Assembly (NCBI GenBank): GCA_004022145.1
Contig: RCNU01000003.1
Reading direction: 5' to 3' (one strand)
Source: Paecilomyces variotii
Taxonomy: Eukaryota
DNA: 64,000 nt
Position 1 is the stretch's first letter, and every line of letters starts with the position of its first letter. Position numbers and translations under genes: made by a program. Positions 1 to 11,236 of the stretch are shown here, piece after piece. Under the pieces are notes generated by a model. That model saw nothing but the letters and a program-made list of their open reading frames with translations. It was not told the origin of the DNA and made no database searches.

Positions 1-3000
1 GAGGTGGACAGGATCGCACACGCGCGACACAGGGCAAGGGTCCACGGCTGGCGGAAAGCGGAAGGCGGGAAGACGAGGGTGGGAATCCTGCTAGGATAGG
101 AAGGGTAAGAATCATAGGATAGGAATCGTGGGCAGGATGGAGATGAGTGGGTGGGAAAGAGGGAATCCGGTCATTAAGGGGGGTCGATGCGAAGTCGAAA
201 AGGAACGGTCTGTGTTGCCAGACGACGCCAAACGACCCATGGACATGGACGGGGGCCCTTGGGATGGATCACGGTTCCATGGGGGGGATCAGCTGGAGAC
301 GCTTCGGGTTGGGCGCCGTTTGGGGAGGGCCGGATGGCGAAAAAAAGGGAGAACAAGAACCAGCAGGCGAGAGAGAGGGGGAAAAGCGCGAGATAGACAG
401 AGACAGAGACAGACAGAGACACGACAAGACAAGACAGTCAAGAGCAGTCAAGAGGTTGCAGGTACGGGTCCGTAACGGGTTGCCCGTACGCCCCGTGACA
501 GGGCTGGCCCCGACAGGTGGGTTAGCCTGTGGGTATCGGGTATCTTAGTACCGTCGTACTCTAGTCCTCGAGACTGCTGCACCCGTAACGGTACCAGATG
601 TCCCCGTATGGCCAGCGTACTGATGCATCTCGGTATCGATACCGTACCGTCCCGACCCGCGTACCCTGTATCGCATCCCCATACCCTCGTATGTCCCCGT
701 CCACATGCCTCTCTCTCTCTCTCAGTCCCTCCCTCACTCACCCTCCCCCCCTTCCTCCTCAGCTCAGGCCTGGAGAGAAGCAAGTGCCAAAGACAAAAAG
801 AGAAGTAGAGTCCTCACCTGAAACGGGACGCCGTGTGGTCAGCGCCAGTAGCAGAGGCCTAGACGCCTCAAGATTTGGATGCTAGTCTCACGAGTACAAA
901 CCCAAACGAGGCAAGACAACGAACGCACGGAGAAGCGGTGCTCGGACGACGCGGCGGTGGTCAGATGGCTGCAGAGGCGGTGAGAGCGGCAAAGACAGGG
1001 GCCCGGCATGCAAGGATGGGCGAGCATATTGTTGTTATAAAGACCAGGAAGGTGACCAGCTGGCTTCGACCAACTGAACCAGACATCTTCTGGGGGGCCC
1101 ACGGTCTCGTCCGTCTACCCTCCAGGAGGGGCCACGGCCCGCGAGAGAGGGACGCAAACCATGGATGCAGAAAATTTGGGTATTTGAGGCTATAATAACG
1201 CTCCAGATGATGACTCTGATTGCCTGGTCGTCACTCACTCTTTTTCATCCTGAGAAAGCCGGAAAAAATTAAATATCTACGTCACTCTTCCTGCGGTGTT
1301 GCGGTGTGCGCCCGGGCGTCGTTCCAGTCTCTCTCCTCTATAATGGGTACCAATATTACCTGTGTCCCTACCTGATGACGGCTTACGCTGGTGCACATGT
1401 TCCTGCAGTGACTCGACGCGCTTTTTCTTGGGAGAGGGGGGGAGGGGGCTTTTTGCTTGTGGTCTGTCTGACGCTCTCCAGTCTTCCTGTTGCCCGTTGG
1501 AAGCACTACGGGAAAGCGAACCACGGAATCATGCTCAAGGCCGATTATAGGTCCCAGCGACATTCTCCAATTCTCTGGCCGTCATATAGTGTACCAAACT
1601 CCGGAGTGCTGTCTCCCGCCGTTTTCTTTTCCCTTCTCTTTCTCTGGTAGCTTGACGCCTGCTCCCCCGGGTCACATTCTTCTACATGCCCTTTCTCCTG
1701 GCAACTTGGTGGCTGACAACCGCTCGAGTCTCTGGAGCCTCTCTGGACAGAGCTTGGATACAACAGCAGCGTCACGATGCAAGCAAGCGAGGGAGGAGAA
1801 AAAAAGAAAGAAAAAGCACAAGGGTAAAAACGGGTCGGTAGGTGCTAGCGGTCCCTAAGCTGGGGCGCTTCTCCATTTCCCGTATGTCCCTGCCGCTTGA
1901 GTTTTTTCTGCAGCCAGGGGAGCAGTCTTCAGCCGGGTCCGGCTCGCTGCATAGAGCGCGGTAGTGCCCGCGTGGCCGCAGACTGCCGCCCGGGACGCAT
2001 TGGCGTTCTCAGCGACTATTGAGTCTTGACCATGGAGCCAGAGGTACAGGGTGCGGAGAGCAAGCCTCTTTCTAGCATAGTCTGACTGCTTCTGTATCTA
2101 TGCCGCGGCATCTCACGTAGGAATCTAGACGCTGTTCAGACCCGTCAGCGACTCAGCGCTCTCTTGCGGTCTCTCACCTCGGCACGATTGAGGTCGGTCA
2201 GTTGTGCACAAGCATCTACCCGTTTAGTGGGTAGTTAGATAGTGTAACCATGTTTCGGCCCCCCGAGGAGTAAGCAGCAACGGATGATAGATTTTAGCAT
2301 CGCACGGCCCTCTCATAGCTGTCTGCAGGAGTAGTAGTTACTACTACTAGGTCTTATAAGACTCTGCTAGTAGAACAATACCTCCCCAATCCCGTGTTGC
2401 TGTGGTAAGACATCTTGATATCGATGTCAGGACGATTCCATTACATCAAGACTCCTCTAAGCAGTCTAGGGATTGAAGATGATCGTAACGGCACCAAAGG
2501 TTCCTCTGTAGCACTGGTGCGTTGTTCTGGTAGACCAGATCTACAGGAGATATACCAGTAGTGGTATGTAGAGAGACCAAAGTGCCTGGCCCCTGCATTG
2601 AAGTCTTTTCACTATTAAGTAGACAATAATAATGACAGGGGCCGTATGACATACAAGGTACAGGCCACAGAAGACAGACGGGGAAATCCATCAGACGCGC
2701 GTACAGTCCAGCTTATGGATGGATATCAGGCGTGCTGTCGTCTCCTACGCTGAAGGAATTCCGCAGTGTCACGGTCGCTTAGCGATGATGGTGATGGTGA
2801 GAACACTCGGTTAGCGTGGTATGAAACAAGAAACAGGTGGATGCGATCTGTACCCCGCTGGCGACGAGTTTAGAAAATAAGCCAGAAACGGGCCGTCCTT
2901 GCAGGATGCAGAGATGCTTGGGTATAATCCCGGCTTCCATGGCGGGCTTGGATATTATGGTACCGCACATAGATAGCGATTCAGGATCGCTGCATGTCAT

Positions 3001-6000
3001 CTTTCGCCTTGTCCATGTGGGGCATAGGCGAAAAACTGTTGCAGGTCAGGATCCGGCCCGCTGGATCTTTCCGCTGGCGCGAACGGAGGCGGTTCGGAGA
3101 GAGCTGAAGACGACTACGCGGACCGCTGCCCCGTTACGGGCAGGGAACGCTCCGAACCGTGGTTGTAGAAATGGTGATTGGTGCAACCGGAAGTTACCTG
3201 TTCGTTGGGTGAATCGTGTGGCGAGTGCAAGGGAGCTGGGAGCTGAAAGCTGAGGAAATGGCTTGAAAAGACGGAAAAAAGGGAACTGCTAAGAGCCATG
3301 GAATCAGTGAACTTTAATCGACTATGGCAACGAGCTTCGCGGATCCGGACTGCTTTCCAATAAAAAGGGGAAAAAAAGAAGAAAATTCAGAACAAAAGTT
3401 GGGTCGGTGAGGATCTAAAACGTACCTGGCATCCTTGGAGATCAAAATGGTAGAGTACGAGTACTGCCTGACAATGGTCTAGGCGGTGAGGGCAGAACAG
3501 GCGCCGTATCGTCGTAGTCTCAATAATGGAGCCCCAACCGAGGAACATATCTGAAAGAAAGTCGGCAGTTAGGATAGATCTTAGGGTTGATTATCCACGG
3601 ATAGCGCCTTTGCAGATCATCCGGACACAGATCTTGAGTCATTATTTTCTATGGAAATTGGTCACGACATCAATCCTCAATTCGAGCTGGCAGCCGACAC
3701 AATGGAATGACGCTTTTTCTTTTCCGGCCTCGATTGTTCGATTCAGCTACTAGAAGTGACTGGCAAACCTCGATGCGACAGAGCATATTTCTAAAGCCCG
3801 ATGGTACGACAAGGAAAATATAAAGTGGGGAGTGAATGAAGCATAACGGCCATGGTCGTTTGATTGATGGGTTCAGAATTGCCGACTGGCGTCAATCCCA
3901 ATAGCGAAAGACGATGCCACAGGGCTAGACGCGAATCCACGGGGACCTGGGGGTCCCTCAAGCGGGTGTGCAAAGAATCATCGGTGGCTTCGTGTCGCCG
4001 TCTCGTGGCCGCCACGGCAGTGGATTGGCTGCGCGTTAAAAATTGACGAAGGAGCCCGAGTGTGATCTAACGTTTTGTGCAGGACGGCCTCTATCATCCG
4101 CGGGCCCATCGGGGAACGTGTGGAGTGCCCTAGAGTCCCAGTGCTGCAGTCCTGGGACCACGCCAAAGTCAAGAGCGCTTTTCCAGACTGATCTGTGCCC
4201 GCCCCCAAATGGCCTGGTGCATTAGCGTCCAAGTCGGCATTGAAGAAGTGAATCACAGCCGTAGCCAAGCAGCTTTCAGATGTCAAACTCCCTAGCATCA
4301 CCGCGCAGGAGACCGGGAATGACTGTAATCCGCTATGAGGGGCGGGTATTCCTATAGTGCAGCCCATTAATGACGAAGGCACAAGCGTGTTATGATGGCA
4401 GGCAAAACGTTCGAAGTAGTAGGTAGTAGTGACGGGCTTTTGACGCTTGGCCCAATCGGCTCCACCGTTGTACTGTACATTGACCGCGATGTCTTGGGCC
4501 CGGTCCGTCGCAGAGTAGACTCTAGTTGACAAACGAGGCCTCCAATCGAACGTGTTCAAGTGACTCTCAGTGCTGGTTGGCCAAGTATCCAAATTCGAAG
4601 AGAGACCAGCGTATGAAAGAAGTGTTGGTTGTTGGTGGTGTTGTTGCGTAAGCGATGAGAGTCACGCGGCATCCATTTTTGTCGTCCCGTCAGACTGACA
4701 GAGGATGCCAGATTTAGATTCGAGCAGGGAGCTAGAGTATAGTACATAGTAGTAATAAGAACACACTGCTGTACCAGAGTCAGAAAAAGTCCGTTTGTGC
4801 CAATGCTCCTTCCCTGCTGGATACCAGCGTAACATGCCTCGTCTACGCCACATGCTGTGGCGGTTATGGCGCCCAGTTAGCTCCCTGTCTAAGCATATCT
4901 ACCCTCCATTTGTTGCCAGATGTGACTTAGAGTATGCACTGTGCTCTCTAGAGTAGCGTCACTATCATGCCGCGCAAGCTGGTTGCATATTCTTAGCATG
5001 TCCACTGATGCTGGAAATGGCGGTGGAGAGTCAATAATTGTGCACTGAGCCGGGACCCTGAGCTGCGAAACATTGCCGAAATGGCATGCAAGGACCGCCA
5101 GGACAGCTGCAGTAGTGCTCTGGGTGACTAGGTAAGTAGTGTACCCTCGAATGCGCATGAGAGAGCATCAGGGGAGCTTGCTTGCTGCTCTGTTTGACCG
5201 AGTACATGTGCTGATGTACGTCTCAGTCGACCCAGATACTCTCGACTGTCCAACACGGGTACTATGACCAAATCAAATCCACACGGCCGTGTTCTGCATG
5301 CTGCTGGCGGCGTTGAGGGATTGCCCCATCGTATCAATGGCGATTTTGCGGGGTGGAAGCGCGAGTCTTGCCTCCTGAAGCGGTTAACGCACAGCGCGGC
5401 TGAGTCTACTGCAGTACTGCTACTGTAAGGCGTGCAGGCATCAGTCCATGACTCCATAGCAGTACTCTAAACAGGCGCATGGGCCCATCTCGAGTTAGCA
5501 ACTATACTTATTAGTGTGTGCAGCTGGCTTGTTGGCACATGTTCATCTATTACATCTGCTGAATTTGCTGCTTCGATTCGTCCCAGTTGGGACTGGTTCG
5601 CATACTTCCCAGCGCCATACTAGGCCTCCGTGGGGGCCGCCTCAGTCAAGGATAACCGGCAACATGATTGTTGCTGTATGCGGGCGCCTCTTCACGGGTC
5701 TTTCGGTTGCATCCTCCTTGCATGAGAACAAGCGCCAACCATGAGGTTGTCGCGTCTCTGTGGTCGCATCGCTATGTCCGGCGTTGTCGACGACGGCCCG
5801 CGCCGACCACTCCCGCCGATCTCATGCATGAGTGCTACCATAGCCATATAGCTATAGCCATGGCCATTTAGCTGCGGCCCACGATCGAATTTGGCTGCGA
5901 TTCGCGATCCCGGTTTGCTCTGGCAAATCCGGTCCTGTTCGCAGCCGCGGTCGATGTCTTACCGCTACTACTGCTGCTCCCACCCCATCCAAATCTGTTT

Positions 6001-7921
6001 CGATAGGATTCCTGCTTGAGAGCACAAACCGCAGGTTGGTCTGCAACCCTGTCTGCAAACGGTTGAATTCTATCAGCAAAATTGACTAGGATCTGCGGAA
6101 CTTGACCGATGCGGTGTGAGAGAAGACATCTAGACTTTTCATCCGCGGTTGTGCCTGTGAGCTGACATTGTCAGCCAAGCCAAAGCAAGGCGACCCGATC
6201 TAGCCATGGCAAGAACTACTATTAGTAGGCTCTCTGCAACGAGGAATAATCAGCTGATGTACTGTACTTGGAATCAGAAACCTCGCATGTTATTATAGGC
6301 CTCTTGACTGATGCTGCTACAGGTATATCTAGGTACGTGGTAGTTCACTAACTCGATCCATTGTTACAGTACAGCCGTCGGAACAGGTTTGGTATTTAAA
6401 CGGCGAAATACCAATACAGTAATATACACAACCGGCCACGGACACCGCCAAGCCTCAGCCTCTTCTGCCCGCCACGTTTTTTCGGGACCCAATCGGCGCC
6501 TCTGACCAGATGGCGTCGACGGCCGTTCCTCGCCGTCGCCCACCACCGGCGACGCCGGCACCCAATGAACGGGCGCACAGTCAGCTCGAGGGGGTTTTTC
6601 TTCCCCACAAGCAGCGCTTCTTTCCACGGTTCACCAGCACAAGGCTCGGGGCTCAACCGCCGTCCGGCGGCCCAACCTTCAGGCTGCAGCGTTGTGGCCG
6701 CCGCAGAACCATGGAGCACCCCCGGGAGTCGGGACAGCCTGGGCTTATTGAGGCGATCCCTGCTTCCCGCTGAGACCCGCATACGCTAATGATCACGGGA
6801 ACCGGGCTGGGCCTATAGCCATGCGCAACGGCATCGCCCCTTGCCAGAGTCCCCTGGCCACAGATCCCCAATCAGGCGCGCGCGTGGCCATGCGCGTCTG
6901 CGCTCCACTATTTCTGGAGGTCCGGCAGAAGGCGCGAGTGGCTGTATGACAGCAGGCCATGACCGCCTGGTTTCGGGCATCTTGTGAAAAGTGATGCATG
7001 CTCAGTAAATATCCTGGACAGGGCATGTATAGTGCCAGGATTCGGAATATGTATGCATGTCCATCCAACCCCCCTTTCGTTTGTTGATTGTTGACGTGGC
7101 CAATGCACAACAGCGTCTGCATTCATCCGGCTTTTTTCCTCGATGAACCACTACTGTACGGCCGTCGCGTGACTGGAAGGACATAGGTACATACAAAGTG
7201 CAGTGGTTTGCGCATTCGCATACCATCCGTGTATGCCAGGGGAAGATCGCACTTTTTCGCATGCTGTATCAGGAATCCAACCACGTAATATGGATGGATT
7301 CTGTACCAGCAAGCCGTGCTCTGTATCATAAAGTCGAGTTCCTTTCCTGGTAATACTACCGGACTATTATCTGATCCTGGACGTTGGTTCCAGGGTCAGG
7401 AAAGCGTAGCTCGTGCGCCACAATTATTTTCTATCTGTTTCCGCCGGGTAAGAGATCAAGCCACGTCTCCCGGGATGTGGCGCAGGGATCGAATCCCTTC
7501 AAAGCGACACATTGTTATTTAATCCTCTATCGAGATGGCTTGTTTTCTCGGAACCGAGCGAAGTGGGTCGCTTCCGTTCTCGAATCTCGATTGTCTCGTG
7601 CCCTATCCCCTTGTTCTGGAGTGGACGCGGGAAGATCGGGTCCCTGAGATGCAACCCCTACCTAGTAAACGCGGGAGGAAATAAAGGGAGCTCCTACTCT
7701 GATCGCGAAGGTAATGTATCACATTATTACTGCCCCGATGCATTTTCTCTCCTAGCCCTGCGCCGTTCTAGATCTGGTTCTTTTCTATCAGGTAAACACA
7801 CTACATTTGACGATGACACCCGCCGTCACGCTTATTGAACGTGTTCGTAGCTGTCAACATTGCAGCTTGGTAGCAAACAAGACTGAGCTATGATACTCTA
7901 GATAGTGAAAATTCGAAGGTA

Positions 7922-8267
7922 CAGTAAAACCTGCCTATAACGAACCCGGGTATAACGAATACCTCTAGATTACGAATTTGACAGCGTGTCAAAATCAAAT
8001 TCCCATACAAAATTCGTTATTCCTACCTACTACGAAATTCGTTAATTTTTTCAGACCTTTCCCATACGATTCGTTATAGAAAAGTACAGATTTACCTTAT
8101 TAGTCAGTAATTACATCATCATAAATTACCAATTAAGGAAATTTATTAGAAAATTTCACTACCAATACGTATATTACTAATATAGACCCACTTTTCATAC
8201 AACGAATCCTCTATACAACGAATTAGACTGCCTGGAAAAAATGATTCGTTATAGACAGGTTTTACTG
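7922..8267. mobile_element. Non-autonomous miniature inverted-repeat transposable element (MITE), Tc1/mariner-pogo type, 346 bp
   Basis: 23-bp terminal inverted repeats cagtaaaacctgcctataacgaa (7922-7944) and ttcgttatagacaggttttactg (8245-8267), 1 mismatch. TA on both flanks (7920-7921, 8268-8269) fits a TA target-site duplication. Interior is AT-rich, non-coding, with repeated (TA)YAACGAA/TTCGTTA motifs. Confidence 0.92.
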
Positions 8268-8617
8268 TAGTATCCGAATGTCTAAACGGGCCAAACGACA
8301 TATCTCCCTTGCATTATCCTGTCAAGATACATCAGATCTATAGCTCCATCGACGACCAGCCACAGCAGTTCAGCTTTAATCAGATGGCTGAGCTACATAC
8401 CAAAGATCTAGGCGGTTCCGGAGACGTAATAATACCTCCCTAGGACATCTATGACTGTTTCGCCGAATACATACAGTACACACTCTACAGAAGCACGGTA
8501 CTTTTGTCTAGTCGGTATAACTATTACATACTAATCAAATTCATAATGCAAGCCGCAGTTTGGTTTAAAATCCCAGCGAAGGAAATCAGTGGCTAGCATG
8601 CATTCCTTAATAAATGC

Positions 8618-8688
8618 AGCACAGCACAGCATAGCATAGCATAGCATAGCATAGCATAGCATAGCATAGCATAGCATAGCATAGCACA
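8618..8688. repeat. Pentanucleotide microsatellite (AGCAT)n with AGCAC variants at the ends
   Basis: Direct tandem repeat agcac agcac agcat agcat ... visible in the sequence. Confidence 0.95.
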
Positions 8689-9376
8689 TAAAATTAATTA
8701 CATTATTACCAACTTATCCTTTGTGTTACCTGACTACCTATAGTACTGGTATGTAGTCACACCCGGCCCGAGCCGCGCAGATTCTACCTACATAGTTCGC
8801 CAGGTTATCATGCATGTGTCCTATTTTTCGTTTCTTCTCCATAGAGAATCTGACAGCATGCAACAACGCTCAGATCAATCAATTGAGCATCCCTACCTAA
8901 CATATCCTAAAAAAACAAGTCTTCAATAATCAAGATTGTAAAATCCACTAGCTGTGCTCTGTATCATATTCCGGTTTCTCGTTAACTTTCTTTTTTCTGT
9001 TCCCACCTCCGCCCCCCTGCGCCTCTTCCGGCGGGAAGTCGCAGTACTCGTAACACCCAGTGGACCCATTTGACGTCATGCCATAGTCTAAGAGGGGAAA
9101 AGAAGCAATAGTGAGTTCGTGGGCACATCCATCGAATATACCATACTGGTATATGGTATCCCTATGGTACGGCCCAGGGGAAAGGAAAGGAAAGAAGGTT
9201 CTACTTGATTTCCTTGTTCTTGTTACTTTTTCCTCAGCTTAACATGGCAAAATGGTAAGTAGATCTATCTCACTAGTGTTTACTATGATCTTTTGTTTTA
9301 GTTTAAGGAGCTTTTTTAGCCGATCTGGTCTTTGCCAGTCGTGATAGATTCGGGGACAGTGACTAGGGCCGATCGG

Positions 9377-9402
9377 TTATTATTATTATTATTATTATTA
9401 TA
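9377..9402. repeat. (TTA)n microsatellite
   Basis: ttattattattattattattatta run. Confidence 0.9.
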
Positions 9403-11236
9403 GGTATCTAGAGAGGTTCTGATGTTTAGCTTGTATAGGAAATAATATATGAGGTTTAGCGAACTATATAGTAATTATTACTCGATGCAGTCCTTGATAT
9501 TATTGTCAAATGGAGGAGATTTTGTAGTTGAGGGATCTAGATTATAGCTACTATACTCTAGTATCTGCATTCTCATCCAGAGTATAACTGTGTTTCTTCG
9601 ATTTCCCTCTTCGCTGGTTCATACTGATGACAATAGCGTTTGGACTGACTACTACTAGTAGTAGAAGAACACTGTTATCTACGAACTAACTACTCTACGT
9701 TGTTGTTATTCTTCAAGATCACGTGTTCGCAAGACAACGGAACCAGGGTCGGAGCAAGAACGTCAAGGTTCGTAACTCTGTAATTCAGCGATATGTATCT
9801 GGGGGGATAGAGCTTCTAATTAGCACATATCGAAGACTCTTGAAAATGTAGGTGAGTTGGTCCCCGTTCATGGAATTAAGATATTACGAGTATATACTTC
9901 ATAACTCCTTTTCTTTTTAACTGGAGAAATACAGCACTCTCTACTTGCATACCACAAAAACGAAAAGTGCGTGATCGTTATACTCTCTTCGCCTATCTTC
10001 CACTGCTGCTTCGACGGAATAATAGCCCCCGACGTATCAACTACGGTTCGAGGACGAAAAGCAAAGTATCCTCGTATCGTTGTCCTGGAGAGAGTATCCG
10101 ACGAATTAAAACGGCGACAAATGTACAAGTATATAGTTTGTAAGGATATGAGATCCTTGATCATGCATGTGCACTGTAGAATATGGTTCTAACCGGTATA
10201 ACTAGATCAGGAGGTGACTATAAAGCGTGACCCTCAAGCAATGCGGTTGTTGTTTCTTGGCATCTCCTAGGATCTAATGGTTCGACATCGACGAGGATCG
10301 AACGCCTCGCATACTGCATGTATGCTAGTCTACATCCCCTAAAACACAACAGGAGCAAGAGAAAGCCCTCCAGTTCCTAAGGCAATAGCGACCCGCCCGG
10401 TTTGATTTCGGGCACTGATGCAGAAAGTTCGGCGTTCGGCAGAAGAGTGGTAAATACGAGATGGAAAGATAGACTGTATCGACAACCTGCGTTTTATTTC
10501 GCGAATTACCTGGACTGTTCCTCTGAAAAACAGGGCGAGCAGAGCCGGCCCTGACGACGAATAACATCTATAATCAGACAGATCTGCCCACATAGCAGTA
10601 GGAAATGGGGCCCCTTGATTCCTCATAGTTAGCTTTTAGATCGACCGATAACGCTGCGGAGTTAGAACCATCGTTGACGGTGCCGACTTCAAATGGCATA
10701 GTACGCAGGTCAATGGGTAATCCAGATCGAGGACCACCACGCTATGCTCAACAAACAGTCTCTAACACCAGTGACACTCCATCATAACACGGAACTGGCG
10801 GTAATGGTAAGGAGACTACTGGGAGAAAAGCAGCTATCGCGTCAGACACACATGCATATCCTAAAGCCTGCGGGGAGGAACGTAACCGCCTGGGTGACAG
10901 TCAACGCACAGGAGCAACTAGCAGCAGAAGAAGCCGGAGATATTCCCGTCCTGAGTTTGTGGAGACCGCCACGCATGCTGCGCATATTTACATGGTCGAA
11001 CGTCGGTAGAGTAATCCACAGAAGCCGAGTTGAACCAGGTTGATAGCTAAAAAGCAAAAATAAAAAAAAATTAAAAAAGAAGTAAAGGTTCAAGTGGTCC
11101 AGCGGGTCAGATCTTCCCGAGAATATCGAAATACGAGTGGGTTGCATCCGTCGTAAAAATCTGGAAAAAAAAAAGTAATATCATATAAACTATTGCAGTT
11201 AGCGGGTCTTCAAGGTCCAGTTGCCGTCCTGTCTTC

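Noticed and set aside
7484-7498. GGATCGAATCCC resembling a tRNA T-arm / B box
   Set aside because: No acceptor stem, D-arm or anticodon arm at proper spacing; not called as tRNA.
128-7838. Many 60-200 aa ORFs in the left region (e.g. 3978-4592)
   Set aside because: Mostly non-ATG starts, low-complexity or random composition, no domain motifs, no consistent splice structure.
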